Source: a virus
IMG/VR virus record: IMGVR_UViG_3300027754_003462
DNA length: 64,000 nucleotides
Reading direction: 5' to 3' (one strand)
This document shows, piece after piece, positions 38,701 through 47,584 of this stretch (within the stretch, counting starts at the first letter, position 1; the number at the start of each line of letters is the position of its first letter). Made by a program: the position numbers and the translations under genes. The notes beneath the pieces were generated by a model. It was given only the letters and a program-made list of their open reading frames with translations. It searched no databases and was not told the origin of the DNA.

Positions 38701-39190
38701 TTATGGTAGGAGTTTGTAGGTCAAATGTTTCTGTGGTGGCATTCCATTCAAACAGGCCCCAAGTAGAAAGGCCTGTGTCCAACCAGTAGGTGCCGTTGGC
38801 CGGGGTGCCCAATGGACGAGTCAAACTGGCTGTGAGTGCTGTCAAATCAACATCAGCACGTTGGATATAAGCGCGGTTTGTCACACCCAAGGCAGAGTAA
38901 GCGGCCAGCAAGCCGTATTCGTTGAGTTCGTATCCGTTGATAGGAGTACCAGTTGTGGTGTTGTAGAAGAATGGCACACCAAAGGTGGCTGCTAAATCAC
39001 GCTGGCTGGTGATCAAATATGTTTTGTTTGCATTAGCGGCAAGAGTACCGGCTGCTACAGTGATTCCATCACTGGATACTTTGTTTTGCGCTGTGGCAAC
39101 CACAAAGTAGGGTACTGTGTTAACGGCTGAGGGTACGTATTGACTCTCGTCAATTACTGTTACTTCTACGCCTGGTGATGTTAAAGCCAT
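35762..39190 (-). CDS. Contractile tail sheath protein (gp18-like) with large insertion domains
   Basis: MALTSPGVEVTVIDES; C-terminal PWLAPAGTRRG, LYERNINPI, ALDRINVARL, FEPND, IEPVKAVEFIYI. Confidence 0.95.
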   Translation of the reverse strand: MALTSPGVEVTVIDESQYVPSAVNTVPYFVVATAQNKVSSDGITVAAGTLAANANKTYLITSQRDLAATFGVPFFYNTTTGTPINGYELNEYGLLAAYSALGVTNRAYIQRADVDLTALTASLTRPLGTPANGTYWLDTGLSTWGLFEWNATTETFDLQTPTIITDTTDTVGGDGSDPIADATPLATIGSIGDYAVSAVDAYAFVYYKKYDNTWNQVGSNAWKTSWPTVAGTNAVTTTLTVGANMIINGTTVTVGATNTVAGFVAVINSAAITGVTARAVSNQLYLYATSAAGTDGSTLNSDGFIEVVAGPNLGTALLTQLGITASQYPAPEYFPGYSYEQPKWISGATIDPLNARPTGSVWQNMSSANNGLQLIVKQYSAALGTFITQSCPAYTGDITAIYSLDPTGGGKNIPAGTTYVAWTTFDWSTIIPTAAFTIEERYAAGATIITGTTVPTGAAFTVGNSFAVNATVPGSTTLSTATATIGGTGTVSDFITAVSAIANPYVTASVNSAGNIVFTHSAGGTIFLRNVSGTPVTIAGFAVGAPDQVQNPVSGTGLKLSNFVSTPLFEYTASSTAPDSYPADGRLWYYSAVDAADIMIQDDGAWQGYQNVTNDVRGYDLTDCNATGPIISATAPTTQTDTSLSPLVYGDLWIDTSDLENYPKLYRWQAVSGVEQWVEIDTTDQTTQNGILFADARWSTNGTTDPSADALPSIVSLLTSDYLDPDAPNPALYPQGTLLFNTRRSGYNVKTWQQDYFTTTATDYAIDAYSATTAYAVNDFVSYSNGIYVCAVATSAGTAPSNTAYWNLIDLSTWLTASGNKSNGSMWSGRLAQRQIIVEALKSGIDTSVAAREEQNQYNIIATPAYPELTPNMIALSNERNNTLFVVGDTPMRLGPDGTSLVAFATNNNGLGQPNGDGNILTSNYCGVFYPSCQTTDLGGNTVVQPPSHMMVRTILRSDAASYPWLAPAGTRRGVVDNALAIGYIEATTGEFTQIGVSQSVRDILYERNINPITFIPGIGITNFGNKTTTATTTALDRINVARLVCFLRGRLEEIGKLYLFEPNDTITRNQITNSVNSLMIDLVAKRALYDYLVVCDLSNNTPARIDRNELWVDVAIEPVKAVEFIYIPLRIKNTGAIAAGQ

Positions 39191-39285
39191 AATGGTTTCC
39201 TTTTCAAGTTGTAGATATTTATTGGCAAACGCCAAAAACACCCAGTTTGAACAACCTACATGTAGGTTCGTGTGCTAAATACCCC

Positions 39286-39630
39286 ATGAGACCGTTTTGT
39301 AAAGTGTGTGGGGTGTTGCCTCGTGCAGTGGCCTATCACAAATATGACCGTGTGTACTATAGATCCATGTGTACTGCTTGCCAACGTCGAGGTCGCAAAC
39401 AAAAGGCGCCGGTGCCTCGTTGGCAATTGGATGGTTACAAGAAAAAACCTGCATGTGACAAATGCGGGTTCAAAGCACGATATTCCAGTCAATTGTTTGT
39501 GTTTCACCTGGACGGTGATCTAAACAACAGCAATCAACGCAATCTACGAACTGTGTGTTTGAACTGCGGTGTAGAGGTCAAGCGTAGTGACGTTACTTGG
39601 CGTCGGGGAGATCTTGAGCCGGACTTGTGA
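39286..39630 (+). CDS. Zinc-finger/HNH-like small protein
   Basis: CKVC, CTAC, CDKC, HLDGDLNN...NLRTVCLNC; TAAATA 4 nt before the ATG. Confidence 0.75.
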   Translation: MRPFCKVCGVLPRAVAYHKYDRVYYRSMCTACQRRGRKQKAPVPRWQLDGYKKKPACDKCGFKARYSSQLFVFHLDGDLNNSNQRNLRTVCLNCGVEVKRSDVTWRRGDLEPDL

Positions 39631-40255
39631 CCAATGATTTGACTTGCTGGTAGAGATCGTCTAGGGTGCCGTTGTTGTCTAATAACACATCGAAGTCCGT
39701 GCCGACCCAGGCAGTTTCACTAGCATGGATGCCAAATTTTTCTAATTTTCTGTGACTAATTGACCAGGTTGAGTTGCCGTTGGCACCACGATTTACACTC
39801 ACCGCCGCATCATACCAAGAGGGTTCGGGCCCACGAGTCACTCTAATAACCCGGCCACCTGCACTTTTGATAGCCTTGATTTCGTTGGGAAAACGGCAGT
39901 CTGAAATCACCACATCATCTTGGCTGTGACGCAGTTTGTTTTCTAAACTGGCAATCCAGATATCGTCATGAAATCCGGCTCTGCACACTTCTGTGCCCCA
40001 GTATTGCAAGATCCAACGTGGAGTTAAAGTGGGCATGTGCAAGCGTTCGGCCCACCATGGATCCACTTGCTCACGCCACTCTCGGGCTTGTTTTGTGCGC
40101 CCTTCAAGCATGGTTCTGTCCCAACCAAACACCTGTGCCACAGCATCTTTAAGAGTTGATGCAAATGATTCCCTACGAAAATGATGTAAATTAACAAGAT
40201 AGTCAGCAATAGTATCTTTGCCCGACCCTATAAATCCGCAGATGCCAATGATCAT
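39593..40255 (-). CDS. Deoxynucleoside monophosphate kinase (gp1-like)
   Basis: IIGICGFIGSGKDT, FASTLKD, TPRWILQYWGTEVCR, ISDCRFPNE, HASE. Confidence 0.92.
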   Translation of the reverse strand: MIIGICGFIGSGKDTIADYLVNLHHFRRESFASTLKDAVAQVFGWDRTMLEGRTKQAREWREQVDPWWAERLHMPTLTPRWILQYWGTEVCRAGFHDDIWIASLENKLRHSQDDVVISDCRFPNEIKAIKSAGGRVIRVTRGPEPSWYDAAVSVNRGANGNSTWSISHRKLEKFGIHASETAWVGTDFDVLLDNNGTLDDLYQQVKSLVTSPAQDLPDAK

Positions 40256-40256
40256 A

Positions 40257-40919
40257 TTAATCCTTTTTAAAAATATCTAAATCAGTTTTATTTGTCCGCA
40301 GTCCCATGATATTGACACTGTATCTAGGATAGTGACTTGCGTTTGCTGTTGAATGTGGAGTGTTTGCCCAGTCGAACCAATGCACATCTCCGGCTTGCCA
40401 GTGTGTGTATGTGCATGTTCCATAAATGTAAAACTGCCCAGGGCGCCAATCTTCCAGCATCACAACCAACTTCACAATGTCAGCAGGATCACTATCAGGA
40501 TATACCATGTCCAACTTGTCAATGTGTTGATTAAACACCTGTCCGGTACGCTGTACATGCACTCGTGTTTTTTCTTGCTCTAGTGCAAACTGTGCAGACA
40601 ACTGCTTGATATTGGGCACCCTGTCCAAATCATCAAACACATCTGTCAGTTCCATTTCAGGGTTTCCCCCACCCTGCACAATATCATATTCTTCTTGTTC
40701 TATGTGAGGGCTCAGACTTGTGGGTCTTGGCGTTGCCACGGTACTTTTTCTGTTGCGCCAGGTCATGGGTCGAGTGTGCCGCTTGATATACTCAAGTTCT
40801 TGGGCCCAGGTGTTTTGGTAACGTCCTAGTATTCGAAACCACTCACCGGGCTTGTCGATTCTCGTATCATCAAAATGATATTTACTTTGATTTTTTGTGT
40901 ATTCCCAATTGCTTTTCAT
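40257..40919 (-). CDS. Putative 2OG-Fe(II)/cupin hydroxylase
   Basis: HID...PHSTAN...R facial-triad pattern. Confidence 0.65.
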   Translation of the reverse strand: MKSNWEYTKNQSKYHFDDTRIDKPGEWFRILGRYQNTWAQELEYIKRHTRPMTWRNRKSTVATPRPTSLSPHIEQEEYDIVQGGGNPEMELTDVFDDLDRVPNIKQLSAQFALEQEKTRVHVQRTGQVFNQHIDKLDMVYPDSDPADIVKLVVMLEDWRPGQFYIYGTCTYTHWQAGDVHWFDWANTPHSTANASHYPRYSVNIMGLRTNKTDLDIFKKD

Positions 40920-41440
40920 TTGAGTTCTGTTACTTTGAGATGTTGAAGTGTTGCTTGCAACATGCCTATTTGTCTACGGCAGTCTTCTAGGGCATGGTGG
41001 CTGGTGGGAGGGATTGGTAGTTCAGGCCACAGACTAAACACTGTGCGGCTATCTCGAACCATATAGTATTTCCAAGGCAGGGCTTTGCCATAACTCTTGT
41101 AGGCATGCTCAAGAATCGTGCAATCAAACGTGGGCCCTTGACAATACAAAAATTTACTAGTCCAGATGAGTTTGCCTAACTCATCTAGAGCCTGATCTAA
41201 CGGAACACGATCATCCTCAGCAAATGCTTCTTCTCTAGCATGGGTAGGTTGGGTTGCCCACCAATTTAAAGTACTGTCATCGATAGTTCGATTTTCTTGA
41301 CTTTCTAATGAAACCCTGGCGTAGTAATATTGTTTATAATACCCAGAACCCAAGGGATCAAATGATTGGGCGGCTATAGTTAAGATGGTGGCAGCAGGTG
41401 CCACCCCAATGGTTTCGATGTCGATCATTAGTGAACTCAT
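40916..41440 (-). CDS. DEDDh 3'-5' exonuclease (DexA-like)
   Basis: MIDIET, GPTFD, RDSRT, HHALED. Confidence 0.88.
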   Translation of the reverse strand: MSSLMIDIETIGVAPAATILTIAAQSFDPLGSGYYKQYYYARVSLESQENRTIDDSTLNWWATQPTHAREEAFAEDDRVPLDQALDELGKLIWTSKFLYCQGPTFDCTILEHAYKSYGKALPWKYYMVRDSRTVFSLWPELPIPPTSHHALEDCRRQIGMLQATLQHLKVTELK

Positions 41441-41446
41441 ATTAAC

Positions 41447-41475
41447 ATTATACGTTAACATCTAAAAAATATCAA
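41447..41475 (-). promoter_or_regulatory. Sigma70 promoter for the exonuclease/hydroxylase/kinase operon
   Basis: TTGATA-17 nt-TATAAT, then 6 nt to the ATG; no SD sequence. Confidence 0.75.
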
Positions 41476-41553
41476 CTGTTATGGTAAATAAAGGTGCCAA
41501 TCGCGATACTGGACATATCCACCGGCTCTAACAGTTTATGAGGAACTATCAGC

Positions 41554-42117
41554 ATGAATACTTATCCACCTAACTATTACGTTTATGCATATCTGCGTAA
41601 ATCAGATCTAACTCCATACTATATCGGAAAAGGCAAAGGATACAGAGCCTGGGCCAAACAGCACAATGTCAAAATTCCTACTGATGCTAATAGAATTGTG
41701 ATAGTAGAATCCAATCTTACCAATATCGGTGCTCTTGCAATTGAGCGACAATTGATAAGATGGTATGGTCGCAAAGATTTAGAGACAGGAATACTTCGAA
41801 ATTTAACCGACGGCGGAGACGGCACGTTTAATCTTGTTCCGTCGGAAAAAAGAAAATTGGCTTGTATTAAATCTAATCAAGAACGAGTATGGACCGAAGA
41901 GTCAAAAAATAAACTGCGGGCATTTAATTTAGGAAAGAAGCAAACTGCTGAATCTAATTTTAAACGAAGCCAAACTCTTAAAGGTAGAGCGTTCACTGAG
42001 GAGCACAAACTAAAAATAAGCCAAGGTCAAAAAGGTAGAGTGCAGTCTGCTGAAACCAAGGCAATTATTAGTGCAAAGAAACGGGCACGAGATGCGGCCC
42101 GTAAATTGCTTAATTAA
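41554..42117 (+). mobile_element. Free-standing GIY-YIG homing endonuclease with NUMOD3-like repeats
   Basis: YYVYAY...YYIGKG...R...E...N.TDGGDG; repeated [17 protein letters not shown] and SAETKAIIS segments. Confidence 0.9.
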
Positions 42118-42878
42118 CCAATCACCCAAGTAAGTGGCTGACTTGCATCCACGTACATTTTGAGTTCTTCAATTTTGGCATCCATCATGGCTTGCCCTTC
42201 GCTCTTCATTGCGGCACCGTTTAGTTGCCCGCCACCTTGTGGTCCAGCAATGGTCGAGAACTTTTCACGTGCTTCACCAATGATCATTTTACAAGCACCA
42301 ACCATGTAATCCCGAATCCACTGCTGAATTTGGTAGTCACTCAGCAACTGGATTTCAGGTTTGGTCTGATACACCCAGAGCAGGACATTTTCGCCAGTGC
42401 CTTTTGGATCACGAATCAGTTGCAGTTTCTTGGTCACAGGATTCCAGGTATAGTTCATGTATGCACCAAACATGCGTCCAGCAAGTTCAACATACTGTGA
42501 GTAGAAGTCGTATGTGGCCAAGCCACCTGCCACGTTGAAGTTCATAAGGTAAACGTTGATACTTGCCTGTGCAAACGGATCAAAATTTGATGCAAACGGT
42601 CCTGTTGAGTCGCCAAATGTTCTGCGAAAAATTTGACGTACACTTTGCACTTCCTGTGGCAAAGTATAAATGTTGAGATCTCGAATCAACTCCATGAAGA
42701 TGTAGGCTTCTTCATAGGCATTTTGAGCACGTTGGCGATAAACGCCTAGAGTACGCTGATATGCCGCTTCGTAGTGTGCAGGGTCTAATTCAAGATCAAT
42801 GATTTGATCACCCATGGTCAATTTGCAATACTCAATAAGATTTTGCTTTAACTCGGGTAAGGTATTTTGTTCAGCCAT
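42114..42878 (-). CDS. Neck protein (gp13-like)
   Basis: [38 protein letters not shown]...G. Confidence 0.88.
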   Translation of the reverse strand: MAEQNTLPELKQNLIEYCKLTMGDQIIDLELDPAHYEAAYQRTLGVYRQRAQNAYEEAYIFMELIRDLNIYTLPQEVQSVRQIFRRTFGDSTGPFASNFDPFAQASINVYLMNFNVAGGLATYDFYSQYVELAGRMFGAYMNYTWNPVTKKLQLIRDPKGTGENVLLWVYQTKPEIQLLSDYQIQQWIRDYMVGACKMIIGEAREKFSTIAGPQGGGQLNGAAMKSEGQAMMDAKIEELKMYVDASQPLTWVIG

Positions 42879-42902
42879 TGGGGAGACTCCGTTCCCCCTT
42901 AT

Positions 42903-44030
42903 TTACCAGGCTTTAAGTATGATCAAGTTCTCAGTACCCCGGGCATTCCAGGGTGTTTCTGTAGTGGTTAGATCCCGGTAGATCTTTCTAGAGGCTGGCT
43001 TGCCTGCGGCCTGTATGGCTCGGACAACATCTGCTGGTTTGCGCACAGTTTTTTGCAGTGTTTCCACAGTACTGTAACCAATAATGCTGTTGTTCTTGAT
43101 GGTAAATGCCTGTGTATGGCTGTCTGCTACCACATGAATCAACTTGCGTTTCTTGGTATCGTACAACCAGGCTTCGGCCTTGTCCACTAGACTTGCGGCT
43201 GGCAGTCCTTTGAGTTTGAGTTCCACAAACTCTGCTGTGTGTTTGAACTTGGCCGCACGTTTCTCTGGGGGTACTGTCCGGACCTTGCGTGGCTTGCGTT
43301 CCACTTTCTTGATCTGAACATAAGCACCGCAGTCGTTGATCACCGCTTCGCAAAACTTTACGCAATTACGCAATTGAATCTTGGTCAGGTACGAGTATGC
43401 TTCCACCAGCAATGGATCCTTGCCCGCCACTGCCTCTTCAAACTCTGCCAGTTTGCGTTTCCAACGATTGGAGATTTCACTGGTCATTTGTGGCGCCACG
43501 TTCATACCACGGATTACCATGATAGGCTTGTAGTCTGCTGACATCTTGGCACCGGCCATCATGAATTCATCAAACATGCCATCCAACTCAGCCGCACACT
43601 CGCCAACTTTTTCTCTCAGGCGATCTTGTATGTTAGGCCGGGCTGGTCCTTCTTGGGCTGGCTCAGCATCCGCCTCAACTGTTTGTTTGCTGGATAAAAT
43701 TTCTTTTAGCAAGTTGTCCAGTTTGATCTGTTCTGTTTCGCTTAACTCTAATCCCACCATCTTCATGCGACATAACCAGCCTGTGGTTAGGCGTATAGCC
43801 GAATCTGGAATGCTTTTTAGTACTCGCACATCTGCCTTGCGATCCTGCGACTCCAAGTAGTTCACAATCATTTCACGAGCATCTTTTTTGCCGTAAAAAT
43901 AGTTGTACCAACTGAATGCTTTGCTCAGGGCACTGATGCGATTTTCTGTGGGTTGTGTTTTCCACGGAGGCTCTCCACCCATGACATTGGTATCAGAACT
44001 ACGGGGGTTCAGCAGTTTAATGGGTTTCAT
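42903..44030 (-). CDS. Hypothetical early protein
   Basis: 375-aa ORF with its own sigma70 promoter and AGGAG RBS. Confidence 0.8.
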   Translation of the reverse strand: MKPIKLLNPRSSDTNVMGGEPPWKTQPTENRISALSKAFSWYNYFYGKKDAREMIVNYLESQDRKADVRVLKSIPDSAIRLTTGWLCRMKMVGLELSETEQIKLDNLLKEILSSKQTVEADAEPAQEGPARPNIQDRLREKVGECAAELDGMFDEFMMAGAKMSADYKPIMVIRGMNVAPQMTSEISNRWKRKLAEFEEAVAGKDPLLVEAYSYLTKIQLRNCVKFCEAVINDCGAYVQIKKVERKPRKVRTVPPEKRAAKFKHTAEFVELKLKGLPAASLVDKAEAWLYDTKKRKLIHVVADSHTQAFTIKNNSIIGYSTVETLQKTVRKPADVVRAIQAAGKPASRKIYRDLTTTETPWNARGTENLIILKAW

Positions 44031-44057
44031 CAGGGCTCCTTTAGTGGTAATACAGTA

Positions 44058-44086
44058 ATTATAGCACTTTGGGATTTATTGGTCAA
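44058..44086 (-). promoter_or_regulatory. Early sigma70 promoter
   Basis: TTGACC-AATAAATCCCAAAGTGC-TATAAT; spacer begins like the spacers at 3952 and 4546. Confidence 0.88.
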
Positions 44087-44103
44087 CCGCCCATAAATAC
44101 TGC

Positions 44104-44814
44104 ATGATCTTCAATGATAGCAAATATACACGTTGGTATAATCAACTCGTCGGGCAAGCAGGGGCTCGAATTTTGCCACGAGATGTTTATACAGAGAAAC
44201 ATCATATTGTTCCCCAAAGCCTCGGAGGAAACAATAGCATAGACAATCTGGTTAGGCTTACTGCCCGTGAGCATTTTGTTTGCCATTGGTTGCTTACCAA
44301 GATGGTTACCGGAGTAAATCAAAAAAAAATGGCCTATGCTTGTAAGCGAATGATGCATAGCAAAAATTCTAGCCAACCCAGATATCAAATTACATCAAGA
44401 ATATACGAGAACCTTAAGATTCAATTAAATGTAATGCTTAAAAATAGGCAGTTCAGTGAGTCTTGGAAAGAAAAATTAAAACAAGCGGCTAGAAAACGTG
44501 CTGACAATGAAAGTATCGATGCCAAAGAAATTAGAAGAAAAACTATGATTAGTGTCAATAAATCGCGCAAAGGTGAGAAACGATTAGCCACCACAGGTGA
44601 CAAAAATCACATGTTTGGAATAAGACTAACTGGAGAGAGCAATCACTTTTTTGGAAAGAAACACACAGAAGAAACTCTTGCAAAACTTAAAGTCCCAAAA
44701 CCTAAATTTCAATGTCAACATTGTAAGACAGTTGTAGGTGGCCAATCAAATTTAATACGCTGGCACAACGACAATTGTAAATTAATTTTAGGAGAATTAA
44801 AATTCCACGCCTGA
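44104..44814 (+). mobile_element. Free-standing HNH homing endonuclease
   Basis: EKHHIVPQSLGG.N...NLVRLTAREHFVCHWLL; NHFFGKKHTEET (NUMOD3-like); C-terminal CQHC...RWHNDNC. Confidence 0.92.
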
Positions 44815-46175
44815 GCATGTACCGGCCCAACCGGACTCGAGATTATCAATTCCTTGACCGCATCATAAGTGAGCAATACACTGTAGGTGGCCTCGACATT
44901 TTCCTGCACCGATACATGGGACCGCAAACCGGAGGCGAAGATAGTGCATTTTCGGGCAACGGTGATGCCACCCAGCCCACTTATGATAACTTGGATCCTT
45001 TGAACATCCAAGATCTCCTGTTGTTAGAAAACCGTGACAGAATTTACGATCCAGACGTGTATTGCATGCGTGGCGTGTACAATCATCAAGACATTGACTT
45101 TGATCTAACACAATTTGGCCTGTTCTTGAACAACGATACGTTGTTCATCACATTCCACTTCAACGACATGATTGACATATTAGGACGTAAAATCATGAAC
45201 GGTGACGTGCTAGAAGTGCCCAATCTAAAAGATTACTATCCATTGAACCCGTCTATTCCCCAGCCATTACCTCGTTACTATGTGGTGCAAGATGCTGACT
45301 ATGCCACAGAGGGCATGAGCCAAACCTGGTTGCCACACACCTGGCGTGTGAAGGCCACACCAATGACCAACAATCAAGAGTTCAAAGACATACTCAAGAA
45401 ACCTGTGGTCAGCGAAAATATCTGGGACAACGGCAACTTCTATCCCACTGGCTGGATTACCAACTACGGCGATGTGTACTATCAAGCCCGACAAAACGTA
45501 CCTGCTGGTACAGACATCACAAACACTGACTACTGGCAATTGTATACTCCACTTACACAAAGCGATGTGTTCAGCACTCGTCCCAAAGACAATCAAATCA
45601 ACGATGCCATACTCACACAGGCAGATGTAGAGGTTCCACTAAGTGGTTACGATGTCAAACCGCTGTATGTTGTGCCTACCCTGGACAACGGACAACCAGC
45701 CAATCCAATTGGTCTAACAAACCAGAGTGGCGACACAGTGGATGGTACACAAGGTGGCATGAATGTCACATCAAAGGCCGATGGCTATACCGTGGGCTAC
45801 TTGTCCGGTGATGGGGTTCCGCCAAATGGGCTGCCAGTTACTTCAGGAGTACAATTCCCATTGGGTGCTGTGGCCGGCGACTACTGCTTGCGAGTGGATT
45901 ACTTTCCCAATCGACTGTTCCGCTACGACAGCCGACGTTGGGTCAAAATTGAGGACAAAGTGCGAACAAATCTCAACAACGGGCCTACCAATGATACTTT
46001 ACGGTCGGGCTTTGTCAACAATACATACACTACGTCCACAACAGATCTTGGTAATATCCCACAACGTCAGAGTCTCAGCCAGATACTGAGACCACGTGCA
46101 GACAATGGAGACCAGAAAGGTTTTCAGGATCCCAATCCGCCACCTGATACACAACCGGGCCAGAAATCGAGTTAA
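44802..46175 (+). CDS. Neck/head-closure protein (gp14-like), probable ATT start
   Basis: IQDLLLLENRDR.YD, FDLTQFGLFL, GDVLEVP, WLPHTWR; an in-frame ATT-CCA-CGC-CTG-AGC precedes the ATG at 44817, with GGAG 7 nt upstream of the ATT. Confidence 0.82.
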   Translation: MPRLSMYRPNRTRDYQFLDRIISEQYTVGGLDIFLHRYMGPQTGGEDSAFSGNGDATQPTYDNLDPLNIQDLLLLENRDRIYDPDVYCMRGVYNHQDIDFDLTQFGLFLNNDTLFITFHFNDMIDILGRKIMNGDVLEVPNLKDYYPLNPSIPQPLPRYYVVQDADYATEGMSQTWLPHTWRVKATPMTNNQEFKDILKKPVVSENIWDNGNFYPTGWITNYGDVYYQARQNVPAGTDITNTDYWQLYTPLTQSDVFSTRPKDNQINDAILTQADVEVPLSGYDVKPLYVVPTLDNGQPANPIGLTNQSGDTVDGTQGGMNVTSKADGYTVGYLSGDGVPPNGLPVTSGVQFPLGAVAGDYCLRVDYFPNRLFRYDSRRWVKIEDKVRTNLNNGPTNDTLRSGFVNNTYTTSTTDLGNIPQRQSLSQILRPRADNGDQKGFQDPNPPPDTQPGQKSS

Positions 46176-46177
46176 TC

Positions 46178-47584
46178 ATGAGTCAAATGTTTTTTTACGA
46201 TGCGCAAATACGCAGATTTTTATTGCAGTTCACACGAATTGTCAGCAACTTTCAAATTGAATATGGCAACGAAACAGATGGCGTGAACAATGCCGCACTA
46301 ATACGTGTGCCTGTTCGTTACGGAGATGCTAGTCGTAATGCTCAAGTTATTATCCAGGAGAATAGTCGCAACTCAATGCCAGCCTCACCGCTGATGACGT
46401 TCTACGTATCAAGTTTAGATTATGATCGTCCCAGAATGCAAGAGCCGTATCATGTGAGCAAAATTCAAGTTCGCCAACGTGCTTATGATACCGAAACTGA
46501 CTCATTTGAAACCACCCAAGGCAATGCGTTCACAGTAGAGCGACTGATGCCTGTGCCTTATAAACTAGGAATTACACTGGACATCTGGACAAGCAATACC
46601 AATCAAAAAATGCAGTTGTTGGAACAAATACTGACCTTGTTCAATCCCAGTCTGGAAGTGCAAAGCACCGACAACTTTATTGACTGGACTAGCCTGAGTG
46701 TGGTTGATCTAGAGTCAGTGACCTGGACGTCAAGAACTGTGCCAATTGGTACTGAAAATCCCATTGACATGGCCACTATCAAGTTTAGCCTGCCCATATG
46801 GATTAGTTCACCGGCCAAGGTCAAGAAACTGGGCGTGGTAGAACGTGTGATCATGAGCATGTATGATGCGCAAGGTGATCTAAGCAATGCGGTCACAGAC
46901 AATGACTTGTTGTTGGGCACCAGAGTCATAGTCACTCCTTGGAATTATGAAACTGTGGTAATTGGCAATCAAATACAATGCTTGCAAGGCCGTACTATTG
47001 TGCCCAATGGTGCCAATGATGATTTGACCCCCACAGCAATTGTAGCAGGCAGTAGCCTGTTATGGCCGGCTGTGATCAGTGCCTACGGTGTGTTACGCCC
47101 GGGTATCAGTCAAATACGTCTGGATCAAGAGGATGGTACTACAATTGTGGGAACCATTGTGATCAATCCCAACGATGATCGATTGTTGATTTATGATATT
47201 GATCAAGACACAGCACCACAAAACACCTTGGATCCTATCACTGCCATTATTGATCCACTAATATCTGGTCCCAATTATGGATTGCCTGCACCGGCTGTGG
47301 GTCAACGCTATTTGTTAACTGACGCAACTGGCGCAACAATCAACACATATCCTCCAGAAGCATGGCAAGGTGCTGTGGGACAACAGTTGGTAGCAAGTGC
47401 CAATGATGTGATTGAATGGACTGGTATCTACTGGCGAATTGTTTTTAACAGTGTGGCTCAAGCGGCAACTGTTCAATATGTCACAAACATTACCACAGGT
47501 GTTCAATACGAATGGACTGGTGTCGAATGGGTCAAGAGTTATCAAGGTGTGTATGTTGGAGGCACATGGAGTCTAGTGCTTTGA
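46178..47584 (+). CDS. Tail sheath stabiliser/terminator (gp15-like) with C-terminal extension
   Basis: FFYDAQIRR, VPVRYG, MPVPY.L...LDIW...QLLEQIL.LFNP. Confidence 0.88.
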   Translation: MSQMFFYDAQIRRFLLQFTRIVSNFQIEYGNETDGVNNAALIRVPVRYGDASRNAQVIIQENSRNSMPASPLMTFYVSSLDYDRPRMQEPYHVSKIQVRQRAYDTETDSFETTQGNAFTVERLMPVPYKLGITLDIWTSNTNQKMQLLEQILTLFNPSLEVQSTDNFIDWTSLSVVDLESVTWTSRTVPIGTENPIDMATIKFSLPIWISSPAKVKKLGVVERVIMSMYDAQGDLSNAVTDNDLLLGTRVIVTPWNYETVVIGNQIQCLQGRTIVPNGANDDLTPTAIVAGSSLLWPAVISAYGVLRPGISQIRLDQEDGTTIVGTIVINPNDDRLLIYDIDQDTAPQNTLDPITAIIDPLISGPNYGLPAPAVGQRYLLTDATGATINTYPPEAWQGAVGQQLVASANDVIEWTGIYWRIVFNSVAQAATVQYVTNITTGVQYEWTGVEWVKSYQGVYVGGTWSLVL

